Shown here in pieces: positions 29,183 through 37,648 of a DNA stretch of 64,000 bases. The DNA is from Flavobacteriaceae bacterium (GTDB lineage Bacteria > Bacteroidota > Bacteroidia > Flavobacteriales > Flavobacteriaceae): assembly GCA_013001965.1 (NCBI GenBank), contig JABDLA010000135.1, positions 1,823 through 65,822 on the forward strand, in the 5' to 3' direction. The position numbers and the translations under genes were made by a program. Numbering within the stretch: position 1 is the first letter of the stretch; the number at the start of each line of letters is the position of its first letter. The notes under the pieces are model-generated. The model was not told the origin of the DNA, made no database searches, and saw only the letters and a program-made list of their open reading frames with translations.

Positions 29183-30430
29183 TTACTTTAACTTTCCGGT
29201 AATTCGTTTTACAAAAGGCTCAACGGTCAGGCCTTGTCCAATTATTGAGAAGACCACAATCACGTAAGTAATCACCAAAAACAATTCTCTTTGCATACCC
29301 TGCGTTAAGCTTAAGGCTAAGGCTATAGAAATACCCCCTCTTAGTCCGCCCCAGGTCATTATTAAAGTTGTTTTAGGCACGAAATCCAATCTTTTTGCAA
29401 AAAATTTAATAGGCAGCCACAACGAAATATAACGGCATAAAAGAACAATAGGTACGGCAATAAGACCGGCAGCCAAATAATTGGTTTCAAAGGTTAGCAC
29501 CAGTATTTCCATACCAATCATAACAAATAAGATGGTGTTGAGCAGCACATCAATGAGTTCCCAAAATTTATCGACATAGGTTTCTGTGATCTCTGACATA
29601 GCCGTATCTCTAACGGTATCATTACCAACGGCCAGGCCGGTTGTCACCATGGCTAATGGAGCAGAAAGATGCCATTTATGGGCTAAAATAGTTCCTCCCA
29701 TTACCGCAGCAAGTGTTATGATAACCTCAACCTCATAATTATCGATCGATCTCATTAAACGATAGGTAATCCAACCCAGAATAAGGCCAAGGACAATACC
29801 GCCAAACACTTCCTGTCCGAACAATTTGGCGATCTCAACGGCTTCAACAGATGTACCCGGTTTCGCAGCCACCGAAAAAATAGTCAAAAATATCACGACT
29901 CCAACACCATCATTGAACAAGGACTCTCCTACAATTTTCGTCTCTAATTTTTTCGGAGCACCAGCTTCCTTTAAGATCCCTAATACAGCAATGGGGTCGG
30001 TAGGTGAAATCAAAGCCCCAAATAAAAGGCAATAAATAAAGTCAACATTTAAATTCAATAGTTGAAGCACATAATACATTATGGTCCCTACTAAAAAGGT
30101 TGAAACCAAAACACCTAGGGTGGCAAACACCAAAACAGGCCATTTTTGAACTTTCAATTGGGCAAAATTGGTATGTAATGCTCCAGCAAACAGAAGGAAG
30201 CTAAGCATGATATCCAATAAAACGGTTTTGAAATCGATATTCCTTATAAACTCCTTTTCGCGAAGCAACAAAGTATCATCAAATTGAGCGATGGCAATGA
30301 TTATCAAGGTAAAAAGAAGCGTGATGATCATTAGCCCAATAGTGATCGGAAATTTTAAAAATCGAACATTTATATATCCGAAAATTGCTGATATGACCAC
30401 TAAAATCGCAGCAACTGAAAAGTAATCCAT
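29183..30430 (-). CDS. Cation:proton antiporter (CPA1, Na+/H+ exchanger)
   Basis: 415 aa and polytopic, with GALISPTDPIAV and ESLFNDGVGVV motifs. Confidence 0.88.
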   Translation of the reverse strand: MDYFSVAAILVVISAIFGYINVRFLKFPITIGLMIITLLFTLIIIAIAQFDDTLLLREKEFIRNIDFKTVLLDIMLSFLLFAGALHTNFAQLKVQKWPVLVFATLGVLVSTFLVGTIMYYVLQLLNLNVDFIYCLLFGALISPTDPIAVLGILKEAGAPKKLETKIVGESLFNDGVGVVIFLTIFSVAAKPGTSVEAVEIAKLFGQEVFGGIVLGLILGWITYRLMRSIDNYEVEVIITLAAVMGGTILAHKWHLSAPLAMVTTGLAVGNDTVRDTAMSEITETYVDKFWELIDVLLNTILFVMIGMEILVLTFETNYLAAGLIAVPIVLLCRYISLWLPIKFFAKRLDFVPKTTLIMTWGGLRGGISIALALSLTQGMQRELFLVITYVIVVFSIIGQGLTVEPFVKRITGKLK

Positions 30431-30534
30431 ACGAAAATTATAATTTTTTAAATGTAACCAATTTTCTGTTGAAAATAAATTTACTTTGTGGTCTTAATTA
30501 ATACCGTTGAAGTCATAAATTAAACCACTGAAAA

Positions 30535-30891
30535 ATGTCAGATAAAATATATTATCTCAAAAGCTGTAATACATGCATGCGTATTTTAAAGGAACTTAAT
30601 CCTCTTCCTTCTTTTGTCCTTCAAGACATTAAGGAAGAAGAAATAACGGTTAGTCAACTTGATGATATGCGAAAATTATCAGGAAGTTATGAAGCTCTAT
30701 TTAGTAAGAGGGCGAAGCTTTATAAAGAAATGGGGTTAAAGGACCAACAACTCACCGAAAGAGATTTTAAGCATTATATCCTTGAACACTATACCTTCTT
30801 AAAACGACCGGTTATTCTAACTTCCAATTCAATCTTTATAGGAAATTCCCGGAAAACAATTGAGGCCGCCAAAAATGCAATACATTCATAA
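30535..30891 (+). CDS. ArsC/Spx/YffB family protein
   Basis: 118 aa with an N-terminal YYLKSCNTC motif and LKRPVI. Confidence 0.8.
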   Translation: MSDKIYYLKSCNTCMRILKELNPLPSFVLQDIKEEEITVSQLDDMRKLSGSYEALFSKRAKLYKEMGLKDQQLTERDFKHYILEHYTFLKRPVILTSNSIFIGNSRKTIEAAKNAIHS

Positions 30892-31019
30892 CTACTTTGT
30901 AAGGTTTTTACTATAATTCAGACCAAATAACCTATATATTTTGTTAAATTATTCTCATCTATGATGATTTTTATTTTGGTTTATTTAGTTTCACTACTAC
31001 GTCGTACCAACCTTTATTA

Positions 31020-32198
31020 ATGGACAATTTAAAAGCGTCATTTTATTCTTCCGTAGACGATATCGACTCCGATCATTGGGATAGTTTAGGCTGTACTTCA
31101 AATATTTATTACACGCCTGAATTTCTGAGAGCTTTTGAGCGTGCTAATTCTGATATCGATTTCAAATACATCATAATTTTCAAAGAGGAAGAGGCGGTTG
31201 CTTTTGCCAACACCCAAATTGTGACTATCGGGATTGAGACCATTACAAAGAATGTTAAAATGTCTGATCGTTTAAAACGGAACATCAACCGTTTATTTTG
31301 TAATAATCAAATTCGGGTTCTCTTTTGTGGAAATGTGTTTTTAAGCGGAGAATATGGCACCTTTTTAAAAGCCGGCGAAGACAAGATTGAAACCTTCAAT
31401 GCCATTACAAAGGCCGTTCGGGATTTGTCAAAAGCTACTAAAAAACTGAATGCGATTTTTGTTAAAGATTTCAGAGAAGATTCTTTGTACATCACCGATA
31501 ATTTAAAGACGTTCGATTATGCCTCCATGCATGTTGAACCCAATATGATCATTAACCTAAAAAATGATTGGAATTCCTTCGATGATTTTAAGGAGGCTCT
31601 TAAATCAAAATATCGTGTTAAGGCCAACAAGGCCGATAAAAGCAGTGCTTCACTGATCGCAAGGCATTTTAATGAAGAGGATATTCAGACCTATAAAGAC
31701 GAATTACAGCTCCTTTATGAGAATACCATCGCCAATGCCAATTTCAATGCCCAAATTTTAAACTTAAACACTTATTCCAACCTTAAAAAGACCTATCAGG
31801 ACAAATTTATAGTTATTGGCTATTTTCTGGAAAACACACTTGTTGGATTTTTATCGGCCATGATTAATCAAACCAACCTGGACGCACATTTCATCGGATT
31901 GAATTATGGACTTAATAAACAATACGCCATTTACCCACGTATTTTAAACGATTATGTTCGCTTGGGGATTGAACACCAATGCGATCGAATTAATTTAGGC
32001 CGTACTGCTTCCGAAATTAAAAGCACTTTGGGTGCTAAACCGGAAGAGTTGACCTGTTATATAAGGCATAAACGATCTTTTCCAAACCAATTGATGAAGC
32101 CCTTTATTACTAATATCCAGATCAAATCATACAGGCAGCACCAACCATTTAAAGTCGAAAATAAGGTCCAAAAAAAAGAGGCTATAAAAGCCTCTTGA
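31020..32198 (+). CDS. FemAB-like / BioF2-like GNAT-fold acyltransferase family protein
   Basis: 392 aa. The N-terminal block (DIDSDHWDSL....IYYTPEFLRAFE) is typical of this family. Assignment is from memory. Confidence 0.5.
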   Translation: MDNLKASFYSSVDDIDSDHWDSLGCTSNIYYTPEFLRAFERANSDIDFKYIIIFKEEEAVAFANTQIVTIGIETITKNVKMSDRLKRNINRLFCNNQIRVLFCGNVFLSGEYGTFLKAGEDKIETFNAITKAVRDLSKATKKLNAIFVKDFREDSLYITDNLKTFDYASMHVEPNMIINLKNDWNSFDDFKEALKSKYRVKANKADKSSASLIARHFNEEDIQTYKDELQLLYENTIANANFNAQILNLNTYSNLKKTYQDKFIVIGYFLENTLVGFLSAMINQTNLDAHFIGLNYGLNKQYAIYPRILNDYVRLGIEHQCDRINLGRTASEIKSTLGAKPEELTCYIRHKRSFPNQLMKPFITNIQIKSYRQHQPFKVENKVQKKEAIKAS

Positions 32199-32210
32199 TT
32201 TCATTTTTTT
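32176..32210 (+). terminator. Possible terminator overlapping the stop codon of the preceding gene
   Basis: AGAGGCT/AGCCTCT stem followed by TGATTTCATTTTTTT. Confidence 0.45.
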
Positions 32211-32219
32211 AAATTGTGT

Positions 32220-32660
32220 TTATGTCCATCCATTAATTATTCCTCCCATCAATGCCATTGTCACCACCCAGTATCCAGCATTAATTAACACATATTTAAA
32301 CGATTTTTGCTCAAATAGCGCATTCGTCGCTAAAACAGGCAGGGCCACGAAAAGACCAACCATCGATCCATGCAATGCACCATGTTTAAATGTTAAAAAG
32401 GGATCTGCTCCATGGAGTTCACCCATGCCGCCCCCAATAAATACTTGAGGCCATAAAAAGAAAGCAATTAAAAATGCCATAACAACAGCCAGCCCGTAAG
32501 TTTTGGCCGGATTCATTTGTTTTGCTTTTTCCTCAGTCATCCCTGATTCTTTCATCCAGGTCGTTCCAAAAACTTTGGGGTTATACCAGATAAAGCCAGT
32601 AACTAAAGGCAAAATTGAAGCAGCAATAATTGCTAGCCAATTAATGTCCATTTCTTCCAT
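32220..32660 (-). CDS. DUF1761 family membrane protein
   Basis: 146 aa with 4 TM segments and the N-terminal block NWLAIIAASILPLVTGFIWYNPKVFG..W. Confidence 0.75.
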   Translation of the reverse strand: MEEMDINWLAIIAASILPLVTGFIWYNPKVFGTTWMKESGMTEEKAKQMNPAKTYGLAVVMAFLIAFFLWPQVFIGGGMGELHGADPFLTFKHGALHGSMVGLFVALPVLATNALFEQKSFKYVLINAGYWVVTMALMGGIINGWT

Positions 32661-32724
32661 AATTTTGTTTATTAGAGTTAGTATTGAGAAGAAATGTACA
32701 AATTTTTAAGCAAAAGCAAGATAT

Positions 32725-33201
32725 TTATTCCAAATCGATAGGTCTTCGATTGTACTTTCTGAGGTCCGATTTCAACAGTGTTTTAAAAGAACTTGCCCTG
32801 GGAAAAGCAAGTATCCGATCTGATATTTCCTTATCAGGTTTCGCCAGTTTTCTCGTTTTTAGATCAATCCATGTAAACAACATTTCGCTGAAAGCGAGGT
32901 TTTTTTTGTTTTCGTCATAAAAATTATGTTCAAAACGTACAAAGCGCCTATCTTCACTCATTCCAGTGATTTCAAGGCTTACGGATATTGGTTTCCCCAG
33001 AAGGACCTCCTTAAAATAATGAATGTGTTCATATAAAACCACAGGGCCTAGTTGCTCTTTTTTCATAAGATCAAGGCTTATGCCTATTTCATTAAAAAAT
33101 GACATTCTCATATGGCTCATGAAATCAACGTAAGAGGAATTTCCAAGATGCCCATTGGCATCAAGGTCTCGCCAGCGTATATCGAATTGTTTGGTATACA
33201 T
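32725..33201 (-). CDS. Acyl-CoA thioesterase (4HBT/YbgC-like hotdog fold)
   Basis: 158 aa with the N-terminal block IRWRDLDANGHLGNSSYVDF. Confidence 0.8.
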   Translation of the reverse strand: MYTKQFDIRWRDLDANGHLGNSSYVDFMSHMRMSFFNEIGISLDLMKKEQLGPVVLYEHIHYFKEVLLGKPISVSLEITGMSEDRRFVRFEHNFYDENKKNLAFSEMLFTWIDLKTRKLAKPDKEISDRILAFPRASSFKTLLKSDLRKYNRRPIDLE

Positions 33202-33219
33202 AAATCAAAATTTGAATTA

Positions 33220-33227
33220 CAAAGGTA
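33220..33227 (-). promoter_or_regulatory. -7 box (TACCTTTG on the minus strand) for the thioesterase gene
   Basis: Plus-strand CAAAGGTA 19 nt upstream of the ATG. Confidence 0.4.
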
Positions 33228-33283
33228 AACTTTTGGTCAATTTAGTTTCAATGCTTATCATTTAATAACTTAAGTGTTTTAAT

Positions 33284-33291
33284 TATCTTTG
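33284..33291 (+). promoter_or_regulatory. -7 box (TATCTTTG) for yicC-gmk-nadD
   Basis: TAnnTTTG 21 nt upstream of the ATG at 33312. Confidence 0.45.
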
Positions 33292-33311
33292 TGCAACTTT
33301 AAATTCACAGA

Positions 33312-34169
33312 ATGATACATTCAATGACAGGTTACGGTAAGTCTGTCCTCCAGCTTCCTTCTAAAAAGATTTCAATAGAAATTAAATCTCTAAATAGTAA
33401 AAACCTTGATTTGAACGCAAGAATGCCGTCAATCTATCGTCAAAAGGAACTGGAAATACGCAAACTCATCGCATCAAAATTACATCGGGGTAAAATAGAT
33501 TTTTCCCTGTTTATGGAAACCAATGGTGAAGCTACCTCTTCACAACTGAATAAACAGGTTGTGGCCTCTTATATGAATCAACTTCGTGATGTTGTAGATG
33601 CTGATGACGTTACATTGATCCAAATGGCTGTTCGTATGCCCGATGCCGTCATTACAGATAGGGAAGATGTAGATGAAGAAGAATGGCAGGCTATTTTGAT
33701 AGAGATTAATGCGGCTCTCGAAAAGATCCAGGCCTATCGATCACAGGAAGGATTAGCCCTTGAATCTGATTTTTTACAACGAGTGAATAATATCGATACC
33801 TTATTATCTAAAGTTATTGAAATGGATCCTGAACGTATTGAAGGTGTGCGGGAGCGTCTTAATAAAGGTATAGCCGAAATTAAAGAGAAAGTCGATGAAA
33901 ATCGATTCGAACAAGAGCTCGTTTACTATATCGAGAAATTCGATATAACCGAAGAAAAAGTACGCCTTCATAACCACCTGGAATACTTCAGCAAAACTTT
34001 AAAATCTTCAGATTCGAATGGTAAAAAATTAGCATTTATATGTCAGGAAATCGGACGAGAGATCAATACCATTGGATCTAAGGCGAATTATGCGCCTATG
34101 CAAAAGTTGGTTGTTCAGATGAAGGATGAATTGGAAAAAATTAAAGAACAATTGCTAAACGTATTATAA
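33312..34169 (+). CDS. yicC: YicC family stress-induced protein
   Basis: 285 aa with an N-terminal SMTGYGK block and C-terminal QEIGREINTIGSKAN. Confidence 0.9.
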   Translation: MIHSMTGYGKSVLQLPSKKISIEIKSLNSKNLDLNARMPSIYRQKELEIRKLIASKLHRGKIDFSLFMETNGEATSSQLNKQVVASYMNQLRDVVDADDVTLIQMAVRMPDAVITDREDVDEEEWQAILIEINAALEKIQAYRSQEGLALESDFLQRVNNIDTLLSKVIEMDPERIEGVRERLNKGIAEIKEKVDENRFEQELVYYIEKFDITEEKVRLHNHLEYFSKTLKSSDSNGKKLAFICQEIGREINTIGSKANYAPMQKLVVQMKDELEKIKEQLLNVL

Positions 34170-34763
34170 ATGAAAGGTGGTAAACTCATAGTATTTTCGG
34201 CACCTTCCGGTTCCGGGAAAACGACTATCGTCAGGCATTTATTAGAACAAGAGGAGCTTAACCTTGAATTTTCAATTTCGGCAACTTCAAGAGAAAAACG
34301 CGGTGATGAGATCGATGGGAAGGACTATTATTTTTTAAGTACCGAGGCCTTCAAGGAGAAAATTAGAAATAATGAATTTCTGGAATGGGAAGAAGTGTAT
34401 CGCGATAATTTTTACGGGACTTTAAAAAGCGAAGTAGAACGCATTTGGAAGAGCGGCAAACATGTCATTTTTGATATTGATGTATCCGGTGGCTTACGCA
34501 TTAAGCGTAAATTTCCTGTAGAAACCCTGGCGATTTTTGTAAAGCCTCCCAGTATCGACGAGCTTAAAATCCGATTAAAGAAACGAGAAACTGAAAACGC
34601 AGATAAGATCAATATGCGTATTGCCAAAGCGTCTGCCGAATTAGCCACAGCACCTCTGTTTGATGAAGTTGTGGTCAATGATGATCTGGACAAGGCCCTG
34701 AATGAATCCTATGATTTAGTGAAAGTTTTTATCGATTCCGAACCCAAAAGGGAAGATACATGA
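34170..34763 (+). CDS. gmk: Guanylate kinase
   Basis: 197 aa with P-loop SAPSGSGKTT. Starts directly after the yicC stop. Confidence 0.93.
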   Translation: MKGGKLIVFSAPSGSGKTTIVRHLLEQEELNLEFSISATSREKRGDEIDGKDYYFLSTEAFKEKIRNNEFLEWEEVYRDNFYGTLKSEVERIWKSGKHVIFDIDVSGGLRIKRKFPVETLAIFVKPPSIDELKIRLKKRETENADKINMRIAKASAELATAPLFDEVVVNDDLDKALNESYDLVKVFIDSEPKREDT

Positions 34764-35344
34764 AGAAGAAGATAGGATTGTTTTTTGGTACATTTAATCC
34801 CATTCATGTAGGTCATTTAACCATTGCAAATCACATGGCCGAATATAGTGATCTTGACCAGGTTTGGTTTGTGGTCACACCTCATAGCCCGTTTAAAACT
34901 AAAAGTTCGTTGTTAGAGGATCATCAGCGCTTGGAAATGGTATATTTGGCCACAAAGGACTATCAGAAATTGCAACCAAGTAATATCGAGTTCAAATTAC
35001 CGCAGCCCAATTATACCATTAATACCCTTACCTATCTCGAAGAAAAATACCCGGATCATGAATTTGCCCTAATCATGGGTGAAGACAACCTTAAAAGCTT
35101 CCATAAATGGAAAAATTACGAACGTATATTAGATCGGCACGATATCTACATCTACCCACGTTTAAGTAAAGGCAAGATTGAAACTCAATTCGATGGTCAC
35201 GCTCGCATTAGCAAGATCGATGCACCTATTATGGAGCTGTCATCAACCTTTATAAGAAAGGCCATTAAGGAAGGTAAACTGGTGCGGCCCATGTTACCTG
35301 AGCCGGTTTGGCAATATCTGGATGAAATGAATTTCTATAAATAA
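34760..35344 (+). CDS. nadD: Nicotinate-nucleotide adenylyltransferase
   Basis: 194 aa with GTFNPIHVGH (HxGH) and a 4-nt overlap with gmk. Confidence 0.9.
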   Translation: MKKKIGLFFGTFNPIHVGHLTIANHMAEYSDLDQVWFVVTPHSPFKTKSSLLEDHQRLEMVYLATKDYQKLQPSNIEFKLPQPNYTINTLTYLEEKYPDHEFALIMGEDNLKSFHKWKNYERILDRHDIYIYPRLSKGKIETQFDGHARISKIDAPIMELSSTFIRKAIKEGKLVRPMLPEPVWQYLDEMNFYK

Positions 35345-35348
35345 AAAA

Positions 35349-35377
35349 AGAGCACTTAAGTTATTAAGTGCTCTTTA
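35349..35377. terminator. Bidirectional hairpin terminator
   Basis: Perfect 11-bp stem AGAGCACTTAA/TTAAGTGCTCT with loop GTTA, an A-run before and TTT after. Confidence 0.8.
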
Positions 35378-35395
35378 AGTTGAGTGGTATTCTAT

Positions 35396-36049
35396 TTATT
35401 CTTCGTCTGTTCCTCCTGGACCTTCTTCCTCTTCTTCACCTCCAAATGCACAGTCATTTAACGATGATTGTACATACATGGCCCAACTGTTGCCATCAAA
35501 ATCAAGTCCTTCGCCCCAGGCTGTTTCGCCCTGACCATTGGGACCGGTTACTTCCGCATGTGCCGCGAAACAATATATTTCGCCACTCAGCTCAACAGCA
35601 TCCAGACTAATTTTATAAACCACTGTAGTCGTTCCGGCATCATGTTCATCACTATGCTCAAAATGACCAACTTTTGGGTTTCCTGAGCCAGTCGTTGGAA
35701 TTTCTTGTTCGCCACAGTCACCAATACTGAGGTGGGTAGCATCTAAAGTCCAACCATTGTTTGCAGTACAGTAGGTAATTATTAGATCAACCCCATCTGT
35801 GGTAACCGAAATGGTTCCGGCAGTATAGTTTTGACCTGCAATTAAAGCGGTAGTAAGGCACGCATCGCCTTCGGCAATACATTCATCTTCAACAGCTTTA
35901 TCACCAATAAAGGTATTTCCGCCTTTGGGGGCGTACTCAAACACTCTAAAATTTGGATCAATGCTATTTGTAATGGTGTCATTTTCTGTGCTACAGCCCA
36001 TCAGAATAAATAAGAAAAGAGCTGAAAGCATAATAGTAGATTTCTTCAT
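35396..36049 (-). CDS. Hypothetical lipoprotein with acidic tail (family member P1)
   Basis: 217 aa with a lipobox (LMGCS) and a core block AGQNYTAGTISV...THLSIG...FAAHAEV...GETAWGEG. Ends in a GGEEEEEGPGGTDEE tail. Confidence 0.65.
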   Translation of the reverse strand: MKKSTIMLSALFLFILMGCSTENDTITNSIDPNFRVFEYAPKGGNTFIGDKAVEDECIAEGDACLTTALIAGQNYTAGTISVTTDGVDLIITYCTANNGWTLDATHLSIGDCGEQEIPTTGSGNPKVGHFEHSDEHDAGTTTVVYKISLDAVELSGEIYCFAAHAEVTGPNGQGETAWGEGLDFDGNSWAMYVQSSLNDCAFGGEEEEEGPGGTDEE

Positions 36050-36058
36050 AACGTAGTA

Positions 36059-36090
36059 TATGTTTAATTTAGGTTAAGAGATTAAACATA
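36059..36090. promoter_or_regulatory. Inverted repeat in the leader/promoter region of gene 35396..36049
   Basis: TATGTTTAAT and ATTAAACATA arms separated by 12 nt, 10 nt upstream of the ATG. Confidence 0.3.
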
Positions 36091-36173
36091 CAATTATCTA
36101 AGCTAAAACCAACATTTATTCGATGAGTGGCTATCTTTTGTAGTAAATTACTTTCAAAAAATGCGCTATTGTC

Positions 36174-36203
36174 ATAAAAAAACCGGCATAAAGCCGGAAT
36201 TTT
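36174..36203 (-). terminator. Terminator downstream of gene 36222..36731
   Basis: CCGGC/GCCGG stem with loop ATAAA and a minus-strand T-run of 8. Confidence 0.7.
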
Positions 36204-36221
36204 CAGTAATAAGTATGGGAC

Positions 36222-36731
36222 TTATTGATTTAAGCAGTCCTTCAAAAATCCCTGGATATACAAACCATCTTTGGTCGTTTGAAAGCCAGTTGAATCTGAA
36301 AATGCTGTTTCATTACCTTGATCATCTGAAAGATTTAAGACCGCTCGTGTGCAATAATCAGCTTCAATTCCATCTAATTTAAATTCAAAATTAGCGATAT
36401 AGACATTTTCTTTGAAGGTCTCAGTATAGGTATGCATTCCTAATTGTGTTAATGATGTCTCACCACAAGGACCAAAGAATAACTTCGATGTTCTTATTTT
36501 TTCTTTATAGGCTGTTAAGGTTAGGGTCACGGTGTTATTATCATAATCAACATAGGAGGTCATAGTTCCTTTAAATTCCCCTTTAGAATTAAGAAGGTTC
36601 GTTTCTGTACAAGACACTTTAGTCTCGAAAGATTTTACGTTAAGGTCATTTGAATTTTCATCTTGCAGGCTATCTACGCTACAAGAAGTGAATAATACAG
36701 CTAAAGCTGCAGAATAAAGTAGATTTTTCAT
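36222..36731 (-). CDS. Hypothetical lipoprotein (family member P3)
   Basis: About 169 aa from MKNLLYSAALAVLFTSCS. The -7 box at 36756..36763 supports this start. Shares YC..A...G.ETAF with P1. Confidence 0.6.
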   Translation of the reverse strand: MKNLLYSAALAVLFTSCSVDSLQDENSNDLNVKSFETKVSCTETNLLNSKGEFKGTMTSYVDYDNNTVTLTLTAYKEKIRTSKLFFGPCGETSLTQLGMHTYTETFKENVYIANFEFKLDGIEADYCTRAVLNLSDDQGNETAFSDSTGFQTTKDGLYIQGFLKDCLNQ

Positions 36732-36755
36732 TTTAGTAAATTTGGGTTTACAGGG

Positions 36756-36763
36756 CAAATGTA
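36756..36763 (-). promoter_or_regulatory. -7 box (TACATTTG on the minus strand) for gene 36222..36731
   Basis: Plus-strand CAAATGTA 25 nt upstream of the ATG at 36731. Confidence 0.45.
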
Positions 36764-36894
36764 GGACGGGTATACGGGCTACTATAATAAAATCGATGAG
36801 ATATGCATTAATATCGATTTGTGAAATGTTTTCCCGTTAAAGCGCCATTTACTTCGTTAAACCGATGAATTTATAAATTCTCATCTTAAAGCAT

Positions 36895-36922
36895 AAAAAA
36901 AGCCCGCTATAAGCGGGCTTTT
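36895..36922 (-). terminator. Terminator downstream of the BON/LysM gene
   Basis: AGCCCGCT/AGCGGGCT stem with a minus-strand T-run. Confidence 0.75.
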
Positions 36923-36944
36923 CAAATAGGTAGGTAAAATATAA

Positions 36945-37430
36945 CTATCCTTCCATATGAGGAATTCGTAATACTTGTCCTGGATAGATCTTATCTGGAT
37001 CTGTTAGCATCGGTTTATTGGCTTCAAAAATAACCGGGTATTTCATGGCATCACCATAATATTCACGTGCTATTTTACTCAGCGAATCACCGCTAACAAC
37101 CGTATGAAATTGAGCTTCAGGTTCGCTATGCTCAACAGTCATTTGATCATCAACAGAAGCAATACCTTCAGAATTGCCTATTACCAAAACAACCTTTTCA
37201 CGTGTTGCCTGATCATGTGCCATTCCGCTAACACTTGCTCTATCATCATCGATATGTACATTTAAGTTTTCAACTTGAAGTTGAAGGTCATTAATTGTTT
37301 CTTCTAATTTTGCAGCAGCAGCTTCTTCGGCTCTTACTTCGGCAGCTTCAACTTCAGCCGCCTTTTCAGCACTTGATTTCCCGCCAAATATTGTAGCTCC
37401 GGCCGTTTTAATGAATGAAAATAAACTCAT
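36945..37430 (-). CDS. BON + LysM domain protein (YgaU/Kbp-like)
   Basis: 161 aa. N-terminal MSLFSFIKTAG, a BON-like middle region, and a C-terminal LysM (HTVVSGDSLSKIAREYYGD...IYPGQVLRIP). Confidence 0.8.
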   Translation of the reverse strand: MSLFSFIKTAGATIFGGKSSAEKAAEVEAAEVRAEEAAAAKLEETINDLQLQVENLNVHIDDDRASVSGMAHDQATREKVVLVIGNSEGIASVDDQMTVEHSEPEAQFHTVVSGDSLSKIAREYYGDAMKYPVIFEANKPMLTDPDKIYPGQVLRIPHMEG

Positions 37431-37499
37431 TTTTAATGTGTTTTAAAGGGTTAATTTTATGTATGAAGTAAAGGTCTCAAAAAATTGATTGAAAAGCAA

Positions 37500-37515
37500 T
37501 AATTGTTAACAATTA
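37500..37515. promoter_or_regulatory. 16-bp perfect palindrome TAATTGTTAACAATTA upstream of the BON/LysM gene
   Basis: Read directly from the sequence, 70 nt upstream of the ATG at 37430. Function unknown. Confidence 0.25.
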
Positions 37516-37582
37516 ATAGCTGTTCCCCTTCCTCATTAATTAAGACACTCAATAGAACAATAAGTCACATTATTTATGCTTT

Positions 37583-37623
37583 AAAAAAAGAGATCGCTTA
37601 AGGAAAGTCCCTTAAGCGATCTC
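37583..37623 (-). terminator. Strong terminator downstream of gene 37649..38593
   Basis: 14-bp perfect stem GAGATCGCTTAAGG/CCTTAAGCGATCTC with a minus-strand T-run of 7. Confidence 0.85.
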
Positions 37624-37648
37624 GCAACTAAAATAACCAACCAAAATT

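Noticed and set aside
36752-36763. Sequence AGGGCAAATGTA recurring at 36752..36763 and 42691..42702, considered as a dispersed repeat or shared operator
   Set aside because: The shared core is the reverse complement of the Bacteroidetes -7 promoter consensus (TACATTTG) plus a few flanking bases. Promoter usage explains it better than a repeat element.
36789-36820. Inverted repeat AAATCGAT-N16-ATCGATTT upstream of the P3 lipoprotein promoter
   Set aside because: The arms are short (8 bp) with a long spacer in AT-rich DNA, so this is likely chance. It is noted only as a weak candidate site.
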